Shown here in pieces: positions 10,573 to 19,648 of a stretch of 64,000 bases of DNA. Origin of the DNA: Candidatus Thorarchaeota archaeon. GTDB taxonomy: Archaea; Asgardarchaeota; Thorarchaeia; Thorarchaeales; Thorarchaeaceae. Both the position numbers and the translations under genes were made by a program. Numbering within the stretch: position 1 is the stretch's first letter; each line of letters begins with the position of its first letter. The notes under the pieces are model-generated. The model had not been told where the DNA came from. It searched no databases and saw only the letters and a list, made by a program, of their open reading frames with translations. The stretch covers positions 24,799-88,798 of the forward strand of contig JBHLRQ010000002.1 of the NCBI GenBank assembly GCA_048882385.1, written 5' to 3'.

Positions 10573-11480
10573 TTATGGTAGCAACTAAAGATATGCCACT
10601 CAAGGAATATGTGCTGAAGGGAAATGCGGCCTGTGCAGGTTGCCAAGACATGGTGGCTCTTCGGCATGCTCACAAGGCTTTGGAAGGTGACGTGATTCAG
10701 GTCGTCCCAGCTTGTTGTACAAGTGTTGTTCAATCCCTCTGGCCAAAGAGTGGTCTTGGGATTCCAGTCCTGAATACTGCATTCATGGCATCTGGTGCTA
10801 CAGCCTCTGGTGTCAAAGCTGCTCTTAAGGCTAAAGGAAACGACCATACATTGGTTATGGTATGGGCTGGAGATGGCGGAACATTTGATATTGGAATACA
10901 AGCTCTAAGTGGTGCATTTGAGAGGAGGACAGATTTCCTCTACATTTGCTATAACAATCAGGTGTACAGTAATACTGGAACGCAACGATCTGGTGCAACA
11001 CCACTCCACGCTAAAACAACGACAACATGGTTTGGTAAGACTGAGCCAGAGAAGATGCTTGATCTTATTGTAGCAGCACATGAACCAGTGTACCAGTTTA
11101 CAGCGAACACATCCTACCCCCGTGATCTCTACGAGAAGTTCCAGAAAGCGCGAGAGTTTGAAGGACCAAAGTTCGGTCATATCTTTCTCCCTTGTCCGCA
11201 AGCCTGGAATTATCCCGTCGAACAGGGTGTTGAGATAGGGAAGCTTGCTGTTGAAACAGGATACTGGATACAGTGGGAGCGAATTGGTGAGGAGTTCATT
11301 CTTGGACGCCACAGTAAAAGATTCCAGGACCCAGAAAAGAGAAAACCAATCGACGAGTTTCTAAAACTTCAGGGTCGATTTTCACATCTGTTTAAACCAA
11401 AAAGGGATGACAAGAAAATTCAGGAATTACAGGACTTCGTTCAGCATCGATGGGATGTTGTCATCAAGACATTTACTTGA
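10569..11480 (+). CDS. porB: 2-oxoacid:ferredoxin oxidoreductase beta subunit (TPP binding)
   Basis: ACAGC, GDGGTFDIG TPP motif, YSNTGTQRSGATP, LPCP. Confidence 0.92.
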   Translation: MIMVATKDMPLKEYVLKGNAACAGCQDMVALRHAHKALEGDVIQVVPACCTSVVQSLWPKSGLGIPVLNTAFMASGATASGVKAALKAKGNDHTLVMVWAGDGGTFDIGIQALSGAFERRTDFLYICYNNQVYSNTGTQRSGATPLHAKTTTTWFGKTEPEKMLDLIVAAHEPVYQFTANTSYPRDLYEKFQKAREFEGPKFGHIFLPCPQAWNYPVEQGVEIGKLAVETGYWIQWERIGEEFILGRHSKRFQDPEKRKPIDEFLKLQGRFSHLFKPKRDDKKIQELQDFVQHRWDVVIKTFT

Positions 11481-13008
11481 AACCATTTTGCGACTGAAGT
11501 ATTAGATATGTTACTCCACCAGCATAAGAAGAAACAATTCTTTGAATGCGATGTTCATCTCCTAGTTTACTGATATCTCCTGAAGTGATGTCTGAACGAG
11601 TCGATTCCTCAGCAATGAATCTAGAAACCCATGGAAGATCCATGAGAGCTTCTCCAATCTTTAAAAGCTGAATCAATCTATACGAGGTTTCAAAACAGAG
11701 TGCTTGTGTAAATCTCTCAGCTTCTTCACCAAGTGTATCTAAATGGCTTTCAACAACCTCAACGATCGCATCAAACGCCTCATCAACTTGGTCGATTATT
11801 GTTTCTTGCGGGATTCTCTCAATCTTTTCATCTTCAAGACTCTGTTTCAATGATGATAGAACCACTTTAAACCTATGCTCAGGACTGATTCTTGGTTTCT
11901 CCCCAATCCTTGCTCGTTGCTTATAGTCGCTCAACTCTTCAAACAGGTCTTTTCCAATATTGTTAGATTCGAGTAGTCTATTTGCTATCTTACTTTTTTC
12001 TCCATCAAGGAGATTGATAAACAGAGAAAGCTCTTCGTTCTGCCCCTTTCCATGACGAATACGCATAGTTTCTTTGTAATGATCGACAAGCTCTTGTATT
12101 AGATACGTGAGGAAGTCCAAATCACTCCACTTCCTCCTCTCTCCATTTGCGGCATAGGAAAACAATGTACATGTGGTCATTTTTGTGGCAGACCTAGCAA
12201 GAACATCAAGAGTTATGAATAACCTACTGCAACTTTTCGGATTTCCAATAAGAGGCCAATCAAAGAGTCGATGTACTCCTCCTCCTGTGATTTGACTCCT
12301 AAGCATAATCTTTGCATGCATTGTAACAATGTATGCAGTGGTTTCTTCTGGAATCTCTTTTTCCTGTAAGGCAAACACTCGATCCAGATCGTATGGAAAA
12401 CCAGTTGATTTCATGATTACTAATGCCACCAATGCCCTCAAGCGTTGCTCTCTCATGGAATCTTCTATGACTTGTCCCCTTCCAATAGGATTGGCCTCAA
12501 AAACAATGTCTGGTATACCTCGTTTTTCCATTTCATTTGATATTTGTCCTTTCAGTTTCTTGCGTGATTCATCAGATGATAATAATTCAGAAATGAACTC
12601 GCTGATCTCCTTAGTTGCAAAAGCTTCTGGCAAGGTAGATGGATTAATGAGTATCTTGGGAAGAGCCATTAACCATAACATAGCAATTGCTTCTTGTTTT
12701 GCTGCACCGATAACCTGTTGCCCTGATTGAAACTCATCTTTGTTTAAACTAAACCCAACCCACTTTGGAGCGTTCATCAAGAACTTAAGAGTATCAGTGT
12801 CGTGAATGGTTTTGGACAAGATATGCTTCTTGATATTTGTGTACATGTCAATAGGATCGGAAGAGGTAACTGAAAAACTTCCTAAACCAAGTTCCTCCCG
12901 AATCTCCAATGCATCCTTTCTACTCCATTCCTCTATGGTTTTATAGAGCCATGTGTTTCGAAGATTCTCAACAATCTCTTTCGTGATTTGCTTCCATCCT
13001 TTGGTCAC
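11473..13008 (-). CDS. Hypothetical alpha-helical protein (511 aa)
   Basis: Long ORF with protein-like composition, overlapping the upstream gene by 4 nt; no recognised motif. Confidence 0.7.
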   Translation of the reverse strand: MTKGWKQITKEIVENLRNTWLYKTIEEWSRKDALEIREELGLGSFSVTSSDPIDMYTNIKKHILSKTIHDTDTLKFLMNAPKWVGFSLNKDEFQSGQQVIGAAKQEAIAMLWLMALPKILINPSTLPEAFATKEISEFISELLSSDESRKKLKGQISNEMEKRGIPDIVFEANPIGRGQVIEDSMREQRLRALVALVIMKSTGFPYDLDRVFALQEKEIPEETTAYIVTMHAKIMLRSQITGGGVHRLFDWPLIGNPKSCSRLFITLDVLARSATKMTTCTLFSYAANGERRKWSDLDFLTYLIQELVDHYKETMRIRHGKGQNEELSLFINLLDGEKSKIANRLLESNNIGKDLFEELSDYKQRARIGEKPRISPEHRFKVVLSSLKQSLEDEKIERIPQETIIDQVDEAFDAIVEVVESHLDTLGEEAERFTQALCFETSYRLIQLLKIGEALMDLPWVSRFIAEESTRSDITSGDISKLGDEHRIQRIVSSYAGGVTYLILQSQNGFK

Positions 13009-13883
13009 AGAGAGTCCCCTCCGAATAGCGTCCGTAATACATCGCTCCGTGACACATTTCCTTCAAACTCGAATCTGATGTAAAGCATCATATCAAGTAT
13101 TGCCTTTTCAACATCTGTTTCAACACCTGAATCAACGAGTTTTGAAAACGAAAGTTTACTTAGCTCCTTCTCTAGCTCCGGATTATCTGGACATTTAATT
13201 CCAGTACCAGTGTCAATCTCGATCTCATCCTCCAGTCCTCGATACTTGACATCAACAACCGAACCATATGGATGTTTTAGATTTCGTATGTAGATTCTTT
13301 TTCTAGGACTGAGTCCAAAGAATTCAATATCATCAAGAAGTTTCGTTAGTCTTGTTTGTAGAAAGGAGCTAGAAACATATGCTTTCTTGAGTTCACTGAG
13401 GGGAATCATTTCAGCAAGACTAGAAGCTATCTGCATCTCTCTTTTGTAATTGAAGGTTTCGTGCTTCAGACCAGAGTCGTTAAGGAATGATTCTACCCCA
13501 AAACTGCCTAGCGAATCAAGTGTTATTTCTATTGGTCTGATATTTCCCCCATCATCAAATGAGATTCCTTTTCCCACATCGAATGTTCTGACATCTTCAG
13601 GCCTGAAACTTGGAAGCATTACACCTGCGATTTCCTTGTGACTTACTTCAATAAGAACACCATCTACTGATGTTTGTTGGGCTGAGCAGTAGAAGAATCC
13701 TGGTAAGAATGCATAGAGATTACCAATTTCATCTGAAGAACCAGACTCTTCTACAATCGGCATTGAATACCCAACGCCTTTGAAGTAACCAAGGTCTGAT
13801 ACTCCAATCAGCCACTCATCCTCCGGCAGTACACTCTCTTGTATTTCAACCAGTCTGAGTGCTCGCCTACTTGGAATGTACAA
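13005..13883 (-). CDS. Hypothetical protein (292 aa)
   Basis: Long acidic ORF translationally coupled to 11473..13008; no recognised motif. Confidence 0.7.
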   Translation of the reverse strand: MYIPSRRALRLVEIQESVLPEDEWLIGVSDLGYFKGVGYSMPIVEESGSSDEIGNLYAFLPGFFYCSAQQTSVDGVLIEVSHKEIAGVMLPSFRPEDVRTFDVGKGISFDDGGNIRPIEITLDSLGSFGVESFLNDSGLKHETFNYKREMQIASSLAEMIPLSELKKAYVSSSFLQTRLTKLLDDIEFFGLSPRKRIYIRNLKHPYGSVVDVKYRGLEDEIEIDTGTGIKCPDNPELEKELSKLSFSKLVDSGVETDVEKAILDMMLYIRFEFEGNVSRSDVLRTLFGGDSL

Positions 13884-13948
13884 TCATTACTCACCGGTCC
13901 CACGAAATCCGTTGGTCCGCCTAATTTGAATCTTTGGCCGATGACTGT

Positions 13949-15766
13949 TCACAGCCGTTGCCGTGTTACATATGCTCCCAAAGCTATTACAGCTACAACA
14001 CCTAGCGACAGTGATGGAACAAAAAACTGCTCCAGCCTAAATTCTGCATAATGCGGGTCTGTTCCATCCTCAAATTCTTTCAAGTTGGAAAAAGAATCAC
14101 CGTCTGGGTCCTCGAGTGAATCATCAGTTGTTGGATCAAGATTGTTTTCGATTTCCCACAGATCTGGCATTCCATCAAAATCAGAGTCTGGCTCATTTGG
14201 ATTACAATTGTAAATGTATTCGTCTTTGTTTGAAACGCTATCAGAATCATTGTCGGTAAACGCGTCGTTTGGATCAAGTGGGTCTAGACCATATTGAATC
14301 TCCCAAGGATCTGGAAGTGTATCCGAGTCTGAATCATTGGAATTACGGTTTGTACCAATTATCATTTCTTGACCGTCGTTAATCGAATCTGCATCTGAAT
14401 CTAATGAGAAGTACTCTTCATCAAACCAAAACTCTTCGTGGTCAGGAATACCGTTCCAATCAATATCTGTTTCATAAGCAACTTGGATTTCATGACCAAC
14501 ACTTTCCTCCCCGTTGTTTACAATGTTCAATCTATAGAGTCCTTGGCCCGGAACATTTTGATTGAATACCTGTCTTGGTTCCCAAGCTGATGCATCGGAA
14601 TCTGTCATACTAGCTATCAAGTTGTCATTTGAGTTGTAGAGTCTGAATGCTGTTCCTCCTCCCCACCAACGACTTGTCACATTGATTACAGTGGGTGCAC
14701 TGATGACGAACGAATAATTACGATTTTGACCTGGCCTTAAAGTGAAGCTCAATTCATGAGTTAGCGGTTCTCCATATTTCCTAGCCATGGTGAATGCCAT
14801 AGCACCTCCAATTGCTTTCACTGTCTCAGTAGCAACTTGATAATCATAGAGTGGATTATCCCATGTATCCTGAGGTGTGTGGTATGCATTATCATAAGCG
14901 CCGCCACTCTCATGAGCAAACAAGGCTGTATATCCCTTTTGCACAAATGGTGCATGATCTGAATTCTGCCAACCTGAAAAATCACCAGAATTAATTGGTC
15001 GAATCATGTTGCGACCGTAGGTCTGACTCATAGCTCTCGTCAGGTCTGCCCAGTACCTTCCCTGATAATAGAAGCCTGTTGGATATGCCATGAGAACTTG
15101 CTCGCTAGGTGGAGCGAATGGATCTGGTACGAGTAGCATATCAATATTGTAATACGCCAGGAGTTCAACACCTCGGTTCCTCAGGATTTGAGCTACTTCG
15201 GTACTTCCAATCAAGCCGATTTCTTCCGCATTCCAAGCACAAAAGTAGATGTCTAAAGGCCAATCATATTTTGACATCACCTTAGCTAGTTCTAATGCTG
15301 CCGCTACACCTGTAGCATCGTCGTTCGCTCCTGCTGATGAAGCAATTGTATCATAATGTCCGCCCACCATTAGAGCAGGTGCGTCCACAGGTAGATAACC
15401 AGGAAGTCTGCCCACAACTGATGCATAATCACCAAGGATCTCCACTTCAATTCTGCCATTAGAAACCTCTTGTAATTCCTTGACAATATAGTTTCTCGCC
15501 GCAATATTGTTTGCACCCAGGTCAGATGGAGTTCGAACAACCCGCGAACCATTCTCAGTAAGTTTAATGATATAGTTGCGATATGAGCTAAGTAAAACTG
15601 AACTGAATATTTCGCGTGAATAATCCAATCCATAAATCCTCTGAGTTTCTGTTGTAGCAGGAGTATATGTTGTTCTAGAGGATTTTTCCAATACAGCTTG
15701 TACCCCATTGGTAGGAGTCATAGCAAGGAGCAAGCAAATGAGTAAGATTGGAAGACATCGCTTCAT
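13949..15766 (-). CDS. Membrane-anchored M28 family Zn aminopeptidase with DxDxDG Ca-binding (thrombospondin type-3-like) repeats
   Basis: Signal peptide; GGHYDT, GANDDATG, NAEEIGLIGS, NIDM, SDH motifs; DSDxDG/D repeats; C-terminal TM helix with basic tail. Confidence 0.9.
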   Translation of the reverse strand: MKRCLPILLICLLLAMTPTNGVQAVLEKSSRTTYTPATTETQRIYGLDYSREIFSSVLLSSYRNYIIKLTENGSRVVRTPSDLGANNIAARNYIVKELQEVSNGRIEVEILGDYASVVGRLPGYLPVDAPALMVGGHYDTIASSAGANDDATGVAAALELAKVMSKYDWPLDIYFCAWNAEEIGLIGSTEVAQILRNRGVELLAYYNIDMLLVPDPFAPPSEQVLMAYPTGFYYQGRYWADLTRAMSQTYGRNMIRPINSGDFSGWQNSDHAPFVQKGYTALFAHESGGAYDNAYHTPQDTWDNPLYDYQVATETVKAIGGAMAFTMARKYGEPLTHELSFTLRPGQNRNYSFVISAPTVINVTSRWWGGGTAFRLYNSNDNLIASMTDSDASAWEPRQVFNQNVPGQGLYRLNIVNNGEESVGHEIQVAYETDIDWNGIPDHEEFWFDEEYFSLDSDADSINDGQEMIIGTNRNSNDSDSDTLPDPWEIQYGLDPLDPNDAFTDNDSDSVSNKDEYIYNCNPNEPDSDFDGMPDLWEIENNLDPTTDDSLEDPDGDSFSNLKEFEDGTDPHYAEFRLEQFFVPSLSLGVVAVIALGAYVTRQRL

Positions 15767-15779
15767 GTGGTATCCTCTT

Positions 15780-17615
15780 TCAATTCCATGGATCCTCTCG
15801 TCTTCTGATATAAAGAAATACTCCGATTAAAGCAATTACTACTAATGGCGTAGCAAACCACTCTGTCCGTATCTCCATGGGTTCTGGGACTTGTGGATCT
15901 GTATCATTCAAGTACTCCTCCAGATTGGTAATCCCGTCATTGTCAAAATCAAGATCCGCATCGTTGTTCAGTGGATTAAGTCCATTCTCTAGCTCCCAGA
16001 GATCTGGCATGAGATCGTTGTCGGAATCTGCAGAGTGCGGATTAAGACCTGCACTATATTCTTGAGCATTGCTCAAACCGTCTGAGTCTGCATCTTCATT
16101 GGCATCAGAAGGATCTCTTGGGTCAAATCCATTATCTACTTCATATTTGTCTGGCAATGTATCACGATCTGAATCACTGTTCATCATGTCAGTACCTAGA
16201 AACAGTTCTTCAGCATCGCTCAATCCATCAGAATCTTGGTCTGAATCAAAGAGTGCCTCATCAATCCAATACTCGTTTCTATCTAAAATCCCATTTCCAT
16301 CAATATCTGATTCAATAGTCACATCAATTTCCAGTCCTATAGATCTGAAATCATTATTGTGCACAACCAACGTATATTGTCCATTTTGTGACACATATTG
16401 ATTAAACAATTGAGAGTATTCCCATGCTGATGCTGAACTAAATTCTCTTGTAGCAATAATGGATCCCTGTGGATTGAGTAAGTAGAATGATGCTGAGCCG
16501 CCAAACCATCTCGATGAAACGTTCACTATGGTTGGTGTAGATACTGTAATGTAGAACTCCTTCCAATTGTCACTTCCAAGAGTGAAATCATACTCATTGA
16601 ATACAGGTTTATCTAGCGCACGACTCATTGTGAATGCAATGCTTGCTCCTATTACAGCGGCTGTTTCCTGTCCAAGATAATAGATGTAAGCCCCATTTTC
16701 CCATCTATCGTATTCATTCTGATATGCTGTGTCATATCCTATACCTGACTCAAATGCACACATCACATTAGTAAAACCCTGTTGATAGAAAGCGTAATGA
16801 TCCGAAGATGTCCATAGATAGAAGCTTGAAGAAGGTACTGGAACAATCCTATTCAATCCAATATTCTTGCTCATCTGACGTGCTAGTTCAGCCCAATAAC
16901 GACCCCAATGATAAAGTCCTGGAGCGTATCCAAATTGAATTCTTTCATCAACAGGAACATCAGGTGCCTGGACTAAGAGTGTGTCAACATTGTAAAGCAT
17001 CAGGAAATCAATACTTCTATTCCGAAATTCATGAACAACCTCTGGACTGCCTTCCATAGGCAGCATTGTGAAAAGTCCATTGAATGTGATGAAGTAAATG
17101 TCGAGCGGCCAGTCATACATGGAAAGCACTCTCACAAGTTCTAGGACTGCAGCAATACCGCTACCATCACAATTAGCTCCTGGTGATCCTTCTGCAGAAT
17201 CATAATGGGCTGTAATTGCAAAAGCAGGATTATTCCCAGGTAAGTAACCAGGTAGTTTTCCCACAACATTCAGATAATTTCCTATTATTTCGGTTTCAAT
17301 TCTCCCGTTAGAGAGCTCTTCGAATTGTTGAATGATGTAGTTCCTTGCATGCATGTTGGGTCCACTTGTTGCTCTGGAGTAGTCTAAAACCCTTCTAGAT
17401 CCGTTCTCGGTGAATTTCTGGACAATATTCTCATAATTATGCAGTGAAACCTCGTGGTAAATATCCCTTGAATAATCTTCACCATACACTCTGGTGTATA
17501 TTTCTGGTCCACTCTGGGCTTCGATTACTTGTTCTGTGGGCGAAATGGATGTACCTCCGGTTGATGGCATGATTAATAGAAAAATCATGAAACACTGTAG
17601 CACCAACCGCTTCAT
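15780..17615 (-). CDS. M28 peptidase-fold paralogue with DxDxDG repeats, probably catalytically inactive
   Basis: Same architecture as 13949..15766 but GANCDGSG, and FNGLFTMLPMEGS replaces NAEEIGLIGS. Confidence 0.85.
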   Translation of the reverse strand: MKRLVLQCFMIFLLIMPSTGGTSISPTEQVIEAQSGPEIYTRVYGEDYSRDIYHEVSLHNYENIVQKFTENGSRRVLDYSRATSGPNMHARNYIIQQFEELSNGRIETEIIGNYLNVVGKLPGYLPGNNPAFAITAHYDSAEGSPGANCDGSGIAAVLELVRVLSMYDWPLDIYFITFNGLFTMLPMEGSPEVVHEFRNRSIDFLMLYNVDTLLVQAPDVPVDERIQFGYAPGLYHWGRYWAELARQMSKNIGLNRIVPVPSSSFYLWTSSDHYAFYQQGFTNVMCAFESGIGYDTAYQNEYDRWENGAYIYYLGQETAAVIGASIAFTMSRALDKPVFNEYDFTLGSDNWKEFYITVSTPTIVNVSSRWFGGSASFYLLNPQGSIIATREFSSASAWEYSQLFNQYVSQNGQYTLVVHNNDFRSIGLEIDVTIESDIDGNGILDRNEYWIDEALFDSDQDSDGLSDAEELFLGTDMMNSDSDRDTLPDKYEVDNGFDPRDPSDANEDADSDGLSNAQEYSAGLNPHSADSDNDLMPDLWELENGLNPLNNDADLDFDNDGITNLEEYLNDTDPQVPEPMEIRTEWFATPLVVIALIGVFLYIRRREDPWN

Positions 17616-17722
17616 AGTTTCCTGCTCGGAACAAATCCCCTCAAGAAGGTTCTCCTAGAAGCAAATGATGTATTTGAAGCCTTTTTATAGAGTTAGTCCG
17701 TGTTCTAAGAAGTTGAAATCAG

Positions 17723-18997
17723 ATGCCTGTAACAGATTTGCCCTCGGTCCTTAAGATTAAAGATCCAATCCATGGTTATGTGTCACTCACAGCACTAGAA
17801 AAGGGGATTATCGATCTACGTTTGACTCAAAGATTGAGGTATATTCAGGGTCCTGCAGGACTTTCTCTTGTTTATCCGGGAGCAGCAATCTCTCTGATGG
17901 GACGAACTCTTGGATTCATGTATATGAGTGAGCTCTTCTTTGAGTATCTTGGAGGAGAATTGGATGAGGTTCTCAGTGGTAGGTTAGCATCATTACTCCT
18001 TATGCTGACAAACGGCCCCTGGGCTAACGTTTCAGAGGAATATCTTACTGTTCGTGGTCTTAATCGACCAAGGATATGCGAGATTATTATCAATGAAACT
18101 GAAGTTGGAGATCTAGTTGAGGAGCATGGGTTCACAAAGTCTGAAGTTGTGAGTTTGATTACTAAAGGGGTCCCAATCAAGGGTGTTTATTTAGACTTGC
18201 TTCATTGTCCAATCAATCCCGAGTTGATTGATGATTTAGAACGTGATTCATACTTTGCAGGAGTTGAATATGCTCAGCTAGAATTTCGAAGACTCTTTTC
18301 ATCAACAAGGATTGCTAAGAACAAGATAGCTGTTGAAAGAGGGTCTCTATTCACACTTGAATCGTATCTATCTGCATCTGCCAATATGTTTGATGCAGTG
18401 TATTTCCACAAAACTGTGAGAGCTGCAGAACTCATGTTATTGCGGGTTCTTGATGAAGCTGGATCGCAGTTGTTCTCTCTACCGACCGAAGATCCTTCAA
18501 ATTTCTTCTGCTGTGATGACCTGACGTTTCTTCATCGATTGCTTCACGTCGAGCAAGAAGATACAGAGGAGCTGCAGACTGCAAATCGAATCTATAGTGA
18601 CTTTAGTAGGAGGAATCTCATTAAACTCGTCAGTTCTAGAGCTCTGTCAGACCCTGTATTTCTTTCTAAGTTGTCAACAGCAGATGGATTGTATGCAATC
18701 GAGAGAGAGATTGCTGAAGGTGCTGGAATTGATCAAAGCAATGTCTACATTGATTTTCCTGATCGACCATCAGTCACCTATTATCCCGGTCGCTTCAACT
18801 TGGAGGACCTTGTACTATTCGAGCGAGGGTCTAGTGGCTATGAGTTTTGGAGAGTAACAGATCTAAGTCCTATGGCAAGAAGCTTCTCAAGGATTTTGAA
18901 ACCAGTTCGTGTCTACACGACTCGAGGGTATAGAACTAAATTGAAAAAATCTGCAGATGCTGTCTTAGAGAGTGTTGATACTGCAGGAAGCAAGTAG
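17723..18997 (+). CDS. SAMHD1/YdhJ-like HD-superfamily protein with degenerate HD motif
   Basis: IKDPIHG, QRLRYI..LVYPGA, RDSYFAG and VYFHKTVRAAELML are present, but the metal-binding H and HD residues are replaced. Confidence 0.82.
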   Translation: MPVTDLPSVLKIKDPIHGYVSLTALEKGIIDLRLTQRLRYIQGPAGLSLVYPGAAISLMGRTLGFMYMSELFFEYLGGELDEVLSGRLASLLLMLTNGPWANVSEEYLTVRGLNRPRICEIIINETEVGDLVEEHGFTKSEVVSLITKGVPIKGVYLDLLHCPINPELIDDLERDSYFAGVEYAQLEFRRLFSSTRIAKNKIAVERGSLFTLESYLSASANMFDAVYFHKTVRAAELMLLRVLDEAGSQLFSLPTEDPSNFFCCDDLTFLHRLLHVEQEDTEELQTANRIYSDFSRRNLIKLVSSRALSDPVFLSKLSTADGLYAIEREIAEGAGIDQSNVYIDFPDRPSVTYYPGRFNLEDLVLFERGSSGYEFWRVTDLSPMARSFSRILKPVRVYTTRGYRTKLKKSADAVLESVDTAGSK

Positions 18998-19048
18998 AAC
19001 TGCTTTTCCCCACAATATATAATATCTCTCAGACACTACACGAATCCA

Positions 19049-19549
19049 TTGGTGAGGACATTGAGTGATCAACTAGAAGTGTTTGAACAGATTAAATCAT
19101 CGCCAAATTTCTTGCTGATTTTAGTTGGAGCAGTGATTTGGTTTATTGGATATTTCACATGGGTCTTTATGCCAATCTTTGTTGTTCCTGGATTTGCGTT
19201 GACAATTATTGCTACAGCTCAAGCAGCTATGAGTAGACCAATTTCATCTGCTCTCCCTGGGTTGCTTGTCGGTGGATTGATTCAAATTGGTGGATACCTG
19301 GTCCAGAACGTCATCATCATTGGATGGGTGCTTGGTCCTGCACTGCAAGTCTTTGGTGGAGTCATGCTACTATTCTATGGTTTTTCCATAGCACTACAGA
19401 GAATTGACATACCCATTGTCAAGAACCTTGAGGATTTCCTAGAAGCCCAACAGAAAAAGGATGAGCCCAAAAGGAAGTCAAAGGTTGAAACTGTTGAAGA
19501 GATTGAAGAAGAACCTGAGTTAGATGAATCAGACGAAACTGACCAATAA
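19049..19549 (+). CDS. Small integral membrane protein (about 4 TM) with acidic C-terminal tail
   Basis: Hydrophobic segments in a duplicated GxxIxxIGY pattern; E/D-rich tail. Confidence 0.75.
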   Translation: MVRTLSDQLEVFEQIKSSPNFLLILVGAVIWFIGYFTWVFMPIFVVPGFALTIIATAQAAMSRPISSALPGLLVGGLIQIGGYLVQNVIIIGWVLGPALQVFGGVMLLFYGFSIALQRIDIPIVKNLEDFLEAQQKKDEPKRKSKVETVEEIEEEPELDESDETDQ

Positions 19550-19648
19550 TAATGGTAAATCCTAGAACCTACCTGAAATTCCCTTAATAGTGAATCTTGA
19601 AAATCACAACTCAGCAGACAACATCATCTCTTTCAGTGGTGCAAAGTA

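Noticed and set aside
14050-16300. Recurring GATTC/TCAGA-type nucleotide repeats
   Set aside because: Explained by the DSDxDG Ca-binding repeats in the two peptidase genes.
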